Shown here piece after piece: positions 12,201 through 21,168 of a stretch of 64,000 bases of DNA. The position numbers and the translations under genes are program-made. Within the stretch, counting starts at the first letter, position 1. Every line of letters begins with the position of its first letter. Under the pieces are notes generated by a model. The model was not told the DNA's origin and did no database searches. It worked only from the letters and a program-made list of their open reading frames with translations. The stretch lies in NCBI GenBank assembly GCA_000092065.1, contig CP000582.1; one strand, written 5' to 3'. The DNA is from Ostreococcus lucimarinus (taxonomy: Eukaryota).

Positions 12201-12320
12201 ATGAGGGACAAGAGGGACGACATCAAAACAATATCGAACAGATACCTATCACTTCTGAATTTAAAACGGGCAAGTTGGAAATGTGTTCCACCCGAGGACG
12301 ACAGTGCAAGTCAGAGTTGA
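9201..12320 (+). CDS. THOC2: THO complex subunit 2 (Tho2/THOC2), intronless 1039 aa
   Basis: Collinear similarity to THOC2: ...DELWGLVSPEFYLTFWSLNLEDVYVPKELY... matches [20 protein letters not shown]; ...CVLPRCKISHADALYCSNFVELV... matches [22 protein letters not shown]; ...LTRWRACDVYKREC...YKWEHRLTKG... matches VTRWHSDRATYEKEC...VHKWHYKLTKA. Confidence 0.8.
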   Translation: MSNTDDRFASLMQISRDDPSNSDDYFWVRLSAAESSALSVDPLTLQNEIHADHAMVNGLLLNADTNFIEAQRLSIGSWSRKELRTNTKITYQLPKSDLLAENLEGYARALSTLRMDSLTTSGRRHSKLIVESHTLMGLFKLNPLRVFDLVFDSVRELADSKHGDAFATSLESSTHLSDIIGFRLTRCADFKRRHKIAQFELKIAAEKENTEIGRLYPYLLPVDRSLYDKARSLQGVSPVDELYSDEPKFLFLESTGSKAGLLPIQASVERIIRLGCGTHALPKLRAKMCEQLKKRIHDEKEKHDENQKLESILRIVFFLGPNVCCDAALTTELLKYFQRVVANKREHLKLIEPAIAKCLLPGLPLLRPNPLICEYIWKVVHQLPLASRGKIYKHAMFVTCSTRLTQIKSSADKSIMRILRRLSNQNAKELGRKLGKLALCHPLTVTKAVLQQVQAYPNMIAPIVQALKYCTALTFDTLTFSVLEHFTETKSKLKEDGQNFSLWFSALCSFSGTLLRQYHDIELNDLLRYILKKLDEGEVLDLLILKDLISKLTGIEILKDVSSLEIQRMAAGEKLRGLHENSTSTDSKRRMKGILRLRTAIEGSDASKSMMLRLLLAIAKCRQRIVLKTASAQMKFLGQLFDECHVVLLQYISFLHTAYSVAELKNSLPEIQSLLCEHQLDAAVVFHLYRPILRQTLFSSLDTSSSLAESHNQYWKKLSRDVKASLHSDELWGLVSPEFYLTFWSLNLEDVYVPKELYAKARARTVKYGSTASSTFDQVTQLPSNVVHDELAESLNVELQQLIEHVSRGTQCILRKNSTWVQTADNLSPASVILETCVLPRCKISHADALYCSNFVELVGRSDTDSFSFIQYYDTLFRNVSYLIYACSEFENKFFATFLTSGMAQLTRWRACDVYKRECWQRSEFRNCLNQSSVEASFKDYLRVLYKWEHRLTKGILRNLQNEDYMEVANSLSSLIAIVDTFPVTELLGNYIYSQVKRISMRDKRDDIKTISNRYLSLLNLKRASWKCVPPEDDSASQS

Positions 12321-12538
12321 CAGGACACGACTCGCACCAACCATATCGTGGTAATGCTGAATGATGCTAATTTTGAGCTATCGACGCAAACAACTCTAGA
12401 CCTAAATTTAGTGGTTTACCATCAAATGATCACACACGCCGACGGTACGCAACTTGCTATCGAAACCAAGGTTTCTCTCGTAAGTGTTCTCACAGCAGCG
12501 CCTCCAGCACCGTGCGCTTGCATACGTATCATATCATA

Positions 12539-12568
12539 TGATACTACCTCCATTCGGAAAGTAATGAG
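12539..12568 (+). repeat. Left terminal inverted repeat of the transposon
   Basis: TGATACTACCTCCATTCGGAAAGTAATGAG, exact reverse complement of 13928-13957. Confidence 0.7.
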
Positions 12569-13952
12569 AATGAGCCTTGTTATACGCGATGTCACAGGAT
12601 ATCGAGGCGTGCCGTACATGGCTAGAAAGCTGTTGAAATTTCCCGTACGCTGGCGCAAGTTCCCCTGTGTGAATGTGCGTAAAATCGCCGATGCATGATG
12701 ATTTCCATTTTGCTTCATTTACAAAATGATAGGAAAATGCGAAAAAAGTTGCAAAAGTTCGAGAGCGATTTAGCTAAATTTTCACCCCTCTTAGGGTTTT
12801 GTCCTTTTCTCTACGCATGTCCGCCCATCGACGAAGAAACTCTCTACGCGCGTGCTCCGCGCGTCAGCGCGCGCGCGGACGTCACTAATGGACCCGGGGT
12901 GCGACGGAGAGCTCGCACGCTAAGTTTCACATGATTTGGCCGCTTGGTGTGCTAAACCGAGGCACTGAGCGCCGAGGGAGCGACGAGGAGCGCACGCCAT
13001 CAAGTTCGAATCGCGCGCGTCGACGGACGAAGTTGGAGGTTCACGGCGACGCGCGTACGCGACCGAAGAGCGCGAGGCTGCGGAAGCGTAAGGAAACACC
13101 CTCGCGCATAGTTCCCGGCCCTCTGTTGAGTCCGTTCAAGGCTCCAAGCGGCGTGCGCGCGCGCGATGGACGGGAACTGAGCGACACGGAGAGAGCCGCT
13201 TTCGCGAAGTGCATGCACTTTGCGACGCGTTGCGGACAAGCCTCGGTAGCAGACGTATGCAAGGAATGGGGAATAAGCAAGTCTCATGGATACAAGATCT
13301 TAAATCGGTGGCGAACGGAGGAGAGCGTCCAGTCTCGACCCAGAAGTGGGCGCCCACGCGCATTGACGGAGGAGGACATGCACACGCTCGAGTGCCTGTC
13401 GGAAGAGCTCAAAGGTTACTTCACGTGGGAATCGCTGGCGAAGCGGTTCACGGAAAAAACAGGTAAGCGCGTGTCGTGTACAGCTGTGTATAGTTCTTGT
13501 AAATCAGCCGGCTGGCGCCAAGTGTGCGAGCGTTATGTACCTTGCCTCAGCGCAACAGACGTGGCGAGAAGATTGGAGCAATACCATGAATACCATGACC
13601 GCGAGAGACTTGAGAGGTGCTGGGATGTCAAAACCGCAGTCACTAAATGCATCCTCGACGCCAACGGAACGAACGATTACAAGCTACCGCACGGTATCAA
13701 GCACGAGGAACCCATTTTTGTCGATATTTTCTTAGATTCGGACGATACAGACGATCCGGTGGCGCGCACTTTGGACTACGAAGGTCTGCATGCCTCACTC
13801 CCTTCTTCTCTCCCACGATAAATTTATGTTGCAAAAGTTGCGACCCCCTCGATTTTCCTCGAGTTGTAACTCAAGAAAAAAAACGCGGAAAAAAGACCCC
13901 CTCACGATTTCACGAATCACGAACCGTCTCATTACTTTCCGAATGGAGGTAG
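12544..13952. mobile_element. Tc1/mariner/IS630-like DNA transposon remnant, about 1.41 kb, flanked by TA
   Basis: A perfect 30/30 inverted repeat: TGATACTACCTCCATTCGGAAAGTAATGAG at 12539-12568 and its exact reverse complement at 13928-13957. TA dinucleotides lie immediately outside positions 12544 and 13952. The internal ORF has a paired-like HTH transposase N-terminus (...ESVQSRPRSGRPRALTEEDMHTLECL...). No DDE domain is recognisable. Confidence 0.6.
12931..13821 (+). pseudogene. Truncated Tc1/mariner-type transposase ORF (HTH DNA-binding part only)
   Basis: WGISKSHGYKILNRWRTEESVQSRPRSGRPRALTEEDMHTLECLSEELKGYFTWESLAKRFTEKTGKRVSCTAVY matches the bipartite HTH of Tc1/IS630 transposases. The first ~90 codons are R/K-rich read-through of GC-rich sequence. 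No catalytic DD(E/D) motif was found in any frame. Confidence 0.45.
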
Positions 13953-13957
13953 TATCA
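13928..13957 (-). repeat. Right terminal inverted repeat of the transposon
   Basis: CTCATTACTTTCCGAATGGAGGTAGTATCA, exact reverse complement of 12539-12568. Confidence 0.7.
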
Positions 13958-14921
13958 GTATATATTACTTGCCACGTCCCTAATACGTGCGTGCCATCGG
14001 AAGTGCGTACGAACCCCGTTTCTCAGTTAGACTTCCAATTCCTCAAATTATATCGGCGTTTATATCATTAAATATGTCACATGTGATCGTGTACTCATCT
14101 TTAAAACTACGGTGCGTTACGGACAGGTCACGTGGCGTTTCCCCTCGTTTGTCGGACGTATACTTCGTCACTCCTGATCAATCTTTGAGAGAAATGGACG
14201 GCGTTTGGAAGCTGAGAAGTGTGTCCAAATTTGTGACGACCGACAGCCTCTGGGAAATGGGTCCACACCGATACTCGGGTTTCATACGCTACAACGTGGC
14301 TGGGGGGCTCGTTAGCGTGTGCTTTAGTCCTTACGACAAAGTAAACCATTTGACAATTTTCACTGGGCGATCTTCACAGGGGTTGATATCCTTCGTCAAG
14401 GTTGATGACTCTCCACTGTTTCACTTATCCACGCTCTAAAGATTTGTAGGTTGCGCTCGCCCTATACGTTACCTTGGTGAGTTGTTTTCGTCATAAAGTA
14501 GTTGCCTATGCTGGTAAAGTATCTGTACACGCAAGTACGTCGTTCTGATGGTCAGGAATCGCTCACGAAATTAATCTACGAAAGGCGGCGTTGTTTCACA
14601 TATTCTTCACACGTTCACTGGACAAGTATCTGCGGCTGCAGTAGAGGTTAGTCAGTTCTGATTTCTTAGCAACGCACACCAATTTTGTGAATAGGGAAAA
14701 GGGGAATTAAAAAGAACTTATGCGCTTTACAAGGTAATGACTCTTTTCATGACCGAAACCTTCATTCAAGAGAAAGTTTTCGCCTAGTATGGCCCATGTT
14801 TGAACATGTTATCCTTGAGAACACACGAAGAGAAAGAAAGACTTTGCCTTATATGGAAAAAGCTGTAAATTATCGGAATGATGAGCAAAGAGTACAAAAA
14901 CGGTACTCCAGAAGTGCACAG

Positions 14922-16644
14922 CTACCAAGGCACCTTAGTATAGCTGTGCATGTCATGTATACCGCCCTCTCGCTGAGCTGCGCCAGTTCGCGCCTCCATC
15001 GTCATCGTTCCACTAGCTAAAATCTGATGCGCTTTTGTAAGTGAATCCGCTCCGAGATCTTGAAAACCTTGCTTGACACCGTGCACGAGATACGGAATCA
15101 TAGTTTTCACAGAGCCCTTGTCTCGAACCGTACCAGATACACCTTGAGCAATCTTCAGGTGCCCAGATTCGCTCAGATAGCGAGAATCGCTCCCCTTCTT
15201 CATAGCGTCAAGGCTACCCATTCCACGATACTTTTTTACGCGGACGCCGTCTTGATAGAAGTATTGTCCTGGTGCTTCTGTGGTACCCGAAAACATAGAA
15301 CCACACATGGCGACACTAGCCCCAAGCGCCAACGCTTTGACAATGTGGCCACTGTTTTGGATGCCTCCATCGGCGATGATAGGAACATTGAACTCTTTAG
15401 CTATTTGCCCCACCTTGTAAACGGCTGTCGCCTGTCCTCGACCAACGGCACATACTTCTTGTGTTGTACATATACTGCCGGAACCCATACCAACGCGAAG
15501 CCCGTCAGCGCCAACTTCGAGTAGACGTCGAGCCTGATTCTGTGTGACAACATTTCCAGCGATTACATCCACGTGCGGAAGCTCGTTTTTCAAGTACTTG
15601 ATCATTTCTAGCTGATAAATAGAATCGCCTTGAGATGAATCCAGAATGATGGCATCCACTCCAGCATCTGCGAGATATTTAGCGCGGACACGATCGGCGT
15701 CTCGCGTTCCGATGGCGGCCCCACACAGCAAACGACCATGTTTATCGATAGAAGGAACTCCACTTGGTGGTCTATTTAACCTATCTTTTATGGTCGCTCG
15801 CGTCAACAAGCCAATCAAATATCGCTTTGCATCTACGATGGGTAGCTTTCCCCTTTTACTCTCAAGAAGAATTTGCTCGTTCTCTTGTGCACTCTTCTCG
15901 GTAGAACCGAGCACCAGGTCGTCGACGGAAGTCATGACTTCAGAAAGTAAGGTGTTGCGATCGCGCACAAGTTCAGCGTCACGAGTAGTTACTAAACCGA
16001 GTAGAGCACTACCACAAGTTCCACTTTCACTGATGCAAACTGAGCTGAAACCTCGAGCTGCGCGCAACTCGTCCAAATCTCGAAGTGTTGCACTTGGGCG
16101 CAGAACTGCCGGATTTGCGACGTATCCGGGTCTATGCGACTTGACTATCTTCGCATGTTCAAGTTGAGATTCCATCTACGACGAATCATAAGTTAGAGAC
16201 GTAAAAAATGCGTTGGACTGTCGTACCGCCATGTTGTAGTGAAGGAAACCCATCCCTCCAGCCTCAGCCATTGCGATGGCCATATCAGACTCGGTGACTG
16301 TATAAATCCATTAAGCCTTGTAAATCGTAAAGATATAGTTGCGACCAACCTGTATCCATCGGAGAGCTCACCATTGGCGTTCGGATCGACACATTTCTAC
16401 TCACTCGTGTTGAGAGATCAACCTGTGGGTGTTTGAATCAAGTTGCTGTTAAGTGCGTGCCGAACGATCAAACGTACCTGGTCAGCCGCAAAATCGATGA
16501 AACCAGGATGGAAGATAACATCATCGTATGTGTAGCAAAATCCTAGTCATGAAATTGGTAAGCCGCGAAGAGTCGAAACACACTTCGGCTTCACTTACCC
16601 TGGTTGAAAAGAGCCTCGCCGGGGAAGCCATCGAGGGAAGCCAT
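14922..16644 (-). CDS. IMPDH: Inosine-5'-monophosphate dehydrogenase (IMPDH), at least 4 exons
   Basis: The last exon 14922-16175 gives ...GLLTRATIKDR...LLCGAAIGTRDADRVRAKYLADAGVDAIILDSSQGDSIYQLEMIKYLK...GMGSGSICTTQEVCAVGRGQATAVYKV...IADGGIQNSGHIVKALALGAS... Upstream exons: MASLDGFPGEALFNQG|...IRTPMVSSPMDT|VTESDMAIAMAEAGGMGFLHYNMA|. Introns are 51-57 bp GT..AG. Confidence 0.9.
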
Positions 16645-17035
16645 GACGATACGATTTCAGACGCAGATGAGGAATGAAAACGAACAGTAGTGATAAGAAG
16701 TGATATGATACGACGCAGCGACGCAGCGCGCGCGCACCTATGCCGGGGACCGCGCGACGTGTTCAACCCGTTGGGGGTGAAATACAGAGCTACACTAATC
16801 GTTCGTATAATAAAGTTATTACTGGTATCTCCGTTCGAGCGAGTTGTTTCTTGAGCAGACACTTGGACTAGAGGACCCGTCTCCTGAAGTGCCGGCACCC
16901 GCATAAAGCACAACCGTGGCGAGACGAAGACTAGTCGCATACTTCGGTAGTTCGCCAAACTGTAAGCTGTACGTTTGCGGAACTTCTGATCACTTACAAT
17001 TACATTACGGTTGTGAGTGCACTCTTCCTCGTTAA

Positions 17036-18065
17036 ATGCTTTTTCAGGCAACGAGGAGCGTCGCGAGGAAAGCTCACAGCTGTCGCTATTTTCGTTGCTT
17101 CTCTCAGAAGTCAGCAGCGCCATTCAAAACCGAGACTCGCTTCACCCTAGGAGAACTGCGCAAGAAGTACCAATCATCGAAGCCTATTACCGCCGTCACT
17201 GCATATGACTACCCGAGTGCGAAGCAGGTAAGTTCAGTACTCGTTCAGACAAGCCGAAACTAAGCAATTATAGGTTGATAGTGCAGGCATTGACGTGGTT
17301 TTAGTTGGAGATTCTGCAGCGATGGTTGTGCACGGGCATGAAACAACGTTGCCTATCACACTGAATGACATGATCACGCATACAAAAGCTGTAAAGAGGG
17401 CAGTACAGCGTGCTATGGTAGTGAGCGATTTACCTTTTGGCAGTTACGAAGAGAGTACGGACTACGCCGTGCGTTCTGCCTTGATGTTGATAAAAGAAGG
17501 CCTTGCGGACGCAGTCAAACTTGAAGGTGCCATAGAACCTAGGCTTCGTGTCGTTAGAGCAATTAAAAACGCTGGAATCCCTGTCATGGGTCACGTCGGC
17601 CTAACTCCGCAGTCTGTGAATGTTTTGGGAGGTTTCAAGCCACAGGGCCAGAAAGCAGTCGACGCGATGCAATTGGTGGAACATGCGATTAGCTTAGAAG
17701 ATGCCGGGTGTTTTGCTATAGTTATAGAGTGCGTACCGGAGGCAGTTGCTTCGGCTATTACACGTGTCATCAATATTCCCACCATAGGTATAGGGGCTGG
17801 GCAGCACACCAGTGGGCAGATTCTCGTATATCATGATCTTCTGGGCTTGACTGAGCATCCTCATCATTCAAATGTTGCTCCAAAATTCTGCAAGCAATAT
17901 GCACAACTTGGTATGGTTGCACGTTCTGCACTGTGCTCCTTCAAGGCAGAAGTTGAGAATAAAATTTTTCCTGGCGCAGCGTTTTCTCCTTATACTATGC
18001 AACAAGATGAACTTCAGCACTTCGCAGAAATGCTCAAGAGGCAGGGTTTTGAGCAAATCACGTAG
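17036..18065 (+). CDS. panB: 3-methyl-2-oxobutanoate hydroxymethyltransferase (ketopantoate hydroxymethyltransferase, PanB), 2 exons (intron about 17230-17275)
   Basis: Exon 1 reads ...ELRKKYQSSKPITAVTAYDYPSAKQ. After a GTAAGT...TATAG intron: VDSAGIDVVLVGDSAAMVVHGHETTLPITLNDMITHTKAVKRA...DLPFGSYE...GIPVMGHVGLTPQS...GGFKPQG. Confidence 0.8.
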
Positions 18066-18206
18066 AGCAAAAGAAAAGCGTGACGTTAGTTGAACTGGTT
18101 CCGATGGCTACCATTTTTTGTGTAAAAATTAATTCCCCCCGCCCACATATACTATGTATATTACACGCTGGAACGAGAACTAATTCTTATAGCTTCCCAT
18201 GCTAAA

Positions 18207-21002
18207 TTGAATCAGCGCTCAGCCTGCAAACTTGAACTCCAACCCGTCGCTCGCGCTCTGTTCGTCGCAACGTGGCGCGGGAGAAGACGCGTTTCCCCGT
18301 GTAGTTCCGGTCGAAGAGGCGGCAGATCCGCGACACTACCTCATCGTACAGTTCAAACAACACTGAAAGTAGCATCGCTCTCAGGGGAGAAATTAATGAC
18401 TTCTCCGATCGCAGATTTTAACAGGAAGAGAGATGAGGATTCAGTCGAAGAGCTTTCTCCATTTTGGGGAATAGAAAAAGGCATAGTACTGCAAGAAGCT
18501 CGTTGTTTCAACGATCCACAGTTGGATGCACGTAAATGCCAACAGGTGATCACAAAGCTTCTATACCTGCATGTTCAAGGGGAGTTTTTCACAAAAACAG
18601 AGATAACAGAGATCTTCTTTTCAGTAACAAAGTTGTTTCAGTCGAAAAATAACAATCTCAGAAGGATGCTCTATCTCATCATAAAGGAGATTTGTCCAAC
18701 CTCTGACGAAGTTATTATCGTTACTTCATCGTTGATGAAAGATATGAACAGTAAAGTTGATCTATACCGAGCCAACGCGATTCGTGTTCTTTGTTGCATA
18801 GCGGACTCAGCAATACTAGGCCAGATCGAGCGTTACCTGAAACAAGCGATAGTTGACCGGAGTGATGCCGTGTCTTCTGCTGCCTTGATATCAGCAACGC
18901 ATTTGTCACTTGCAGATGTTGATATCGTGCGCCGATGGAGCAGCGAAATCCAAGAGGCAGTCAATTCGTCTTCTCCTGAGGTACAGTTTCATGCCTTGGG
19001 GCTTCTGTACGAGATTCGTAAATTCGATAGACTCTCAATCAACAAGCTAGTCGCGCAATTGACCCGAACACAACTTAGATCCCCGTTAGCACAGTGTTTG
19101 CTTATCAGGTATGTTTCAGAAGTGATTAAAGACAGTGCGGAAGATACTGTGGCTCCACTGCACACGTTTCTACAGAGCTGCATGAGGCATAAATCAGAAA
19201 TTGTCGTCTTTGAAAGCATACGTGCAATCACGTCTCAACATGACTTGGAAGCGCACCAATTGGTGTCGGTTGTGAACGTTCTCCAGCTCCTGCTATCGTC
19301 ACCGAAACCAAGTTCACGCTTTGCCGCGATGAGAGTTATCAATAAATTGGCTTTTCTATTCCCAGATCTGATATCAAACTGCAACGCTGATATCGAAAAT
19401 CTCATATCTGACGAGAACAAGTCAATAGCTACTCTGGCCATAACCACATTGTTGAAGACAGGCGGCGATGCTGCGGTTGAACGTCTGTTAGCTCGCATTC
19501 ATTCGTTTATGTCAGAGATTCAAGACGAGTTCAAGATAATGATAATAGAGGCAGTGCGAATAACGTGTATACGATGTGCCCATAAGTATCGCATTTTGCT
19601 ATCATTCTTGTCCACGTATTTGCGCGAAGAAGGAGGGTTCGAGTACAAACAATCAATCGTGCGATCTATTGTGCAACTATTTAACGCAATACCAGAGGCA
19701 AAGGAACTTTCACTTTCTTATCTATCAGAGTTCATTGAAGACTGTGAATACACGCAGCTTTCATGCGAAGTGCTGTATTTACTCGGAAAAGAGACACCAT
19801 ACACGACTGATCCTGGAAAGTATCTGAGATACATCTACAATAGGGTGATTCTTGAGAATCCTTCCATTCGAGCGGCCTCTATTTCGGCAATGGCGAGCAT
19901 CGCTGTGCATTGCGAGATGTTAAAGGGACGTGTCTTAGTACTTTTGCGCCGCTGTCTTTTCGATAGTGATGATGAAGTTCGAGATCGAGCGTGCGCATCA
20001 ATTGCACTCCTTGAGAAGGCATCTGCTCAGAAAGCTGGATCCCTTACAACACACACAACTGAAGCTTTCGAAAATGTGTTACTCAAATACTGCCAGTCAA
20101 ACTCAGATGAACCTATTGATCTGCAGACTATCGTCACTTCAAGTTCGGCAAACAGTGAGTCTACTAATAGCGCTTCGGTTCTCGAACAAGAACACGTGAT
20201 TTCTGACATCTCATACTCAAATATAGCTTCAGTGCCATATTTTGCAACGTGTGGCGACGTTTTCAAGAGCTCTATGAAAATTGATCTGACAGAAGACGAA
20301 ACTGAATACAAAATATCGTGTGTCAAGCACATCTTTGATAGTCATATCGTCTTCGAATTCATTTGCAGCAACACTATCAAAGAGCAAGCATTGACAAATG
20401 TGACTGTCGCTATGGAGGCGTTGGGTACAAGTGGGCTCTTAGAGCCGACTGTGCTGCCTCTTAATGTTATGCCACTTACGTCGTATGGGTCAACATTTGT
20501 TGTGTTCGATCATGAAGTCGGCACACAGGTAGAAGAAAGATTCGCTTGTACGTTGAAGTTTGTTTCGAAAGAGATTGACCCTATCACTGGGGCACTCGAA
20601 GATGATGGTTACGAAGATGAGTACTCAATAGAAGATGTTGAGCTTCTTGCTACTGACTTCATGCGTAGTGCTCGGGTTCAAGAATTCAGTCAAGTCTGGA
20701 GCGAAAGTGAATCTTACGTCGAGAACACTTTTTCAAATATCGTCCTGCCTCATGATACGGTTGAAAAATCTGTGAGTCATTTTTCTTCACTGCTTGGCTT
20801 CAGTCCGTGCATTGGGAAAACTGTCACGCGTAATGCAACTTTGCACACCGCGTGTTTTGCCGCAGAATTGTCAACTGGGGAGCATGTACTCATTAAAATT
20901 GCACTAAGTATGGAATCGCAGTCGAGCGTGACCGCAACCGTCACCTGCCGAGCTCCTCAAGCGCAGCTTTGTAACCAAGTACTTAGCGTAATCACTTGTT
21001 AG
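18207..21002 (+). CDS. COPG: Coatomer subunit gamma (COPG), intronless. The probable true start is the Met at 18396.
   Basis: ...FNRKRDEDSVEELSPFWGIEKGIVLQEARCFNDPQLDARKCQQVITKLLYLHVQGEFFTKTEITEIFFSVTKLFQSKNNNLRRMLYLIIKEI... is collinear with the COPG N-terminus. An appendage domain is at the C-terminus. Confidence 0.85.
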   Translation: MNQRSACKLELQPVARALFVATWRGRRRVSPCSSGRRGGRSATLPHRTVQTTLKVASLSGEKLMTSPIADFNRKRDEDSVEELSPFWGIEKGIVLQEARCFNDPQLDARKCQQVITKLLYLHVQGEFFTKTEITEIFFSVTKLFQSKNNNLRRMLYLIIKEICPTSDEVIIVTSSLMKDMNSKVDLYRANAIRVLCCIADSAILGQIERYLKQAIVDRSDAVSSAALISATHLSLADVDIVRRWSSEIQEAVNSSSPEVQFHALGLLYEIRKFDRLSINKLVAQLTRTQLRSPLAQCLLIRYVSEVIKDSAEDTVAPLHTFLQSCMRHKSEIVVFESIRAITSQHDLEAHQLVSVVNVLQLLLSSPKPSSRFAAMRVINKLAFLFPDLISNCNADIENLISDENKSIATLAITTLLKTGGDAAVERLLARIHSFMSEIQDEFKIMIIEAVRITCIRCAHKYRILLSFLSTYLREEGGFEYKQSIVRSIVQLFNAIPEAKELSLSYLSEFIEDCEYTQLSCEVLYLLGKETPYTTDPGKYLRYIYNRVILENPSIRAASISAMASIAVHCEMLKGRVLVLLRRCLFDSDDEVRDRACASIALLEKASAQKAGSLTTHTTEAFENVLLKYCQSNSDEPIDLQTIVTSSSANSESTNSASVLEQEHVISDISYSNIASVPYFATCGDVFKSSMKIDLTEDETEYKISCVKHIFDSHIVFEFICSNTIKEQALTNVTVAMEALGTSGLLEPTVLPLNVMPLTSYGSTFVVFDHEVGTQVEERFACTLKFVSKEIDPITGALEDDGYEDEYSIEDVELLATDFMRSARVQEFSQVWSESESYVENTFSNIVLPHDTVEKSVSHFSSLLGFSPCIGKTVTRNATLHTACFAAELSTGEHVLIKIALSMESQSSVTATVTCRAPQAQLCNQVLSVITC

Positions 21003-21168
21003 GTGTCATCAGTTTGATGTTATGAATCAGCTACGAGTCTATGATCGCGCCTGGGAAAACGATGAAACGAGTTGGGAATGAGAAATATTTACCGTTACCT
21101 ATGGCACAGACGGTGGTATGGTATGCACGTGCGAATTGGTCTTCTACCCCCCATGCTCCCTATAGGAC

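Noticed and set aside
12931-13208. First ~90 codons (R/K-rich MIWPLGVLNRGTERRGSDEERTPSSSNRARRR...) of the transposase-like ORF as a nuclear-localisation or basic domain
   Set aside because: This is probably read-through of a CGCG-rich non-coding stretch (12830-13200). The recognisable HTH begins near 13200. It is treated as part of a decayed element rather than a functional N-terminus.
15060-16167. Plus-strand ORFs 15060-15524 and 15646-16167
   Set aside because: Antisense to the IMPDH terminal exon, whose identity is unambiguous.
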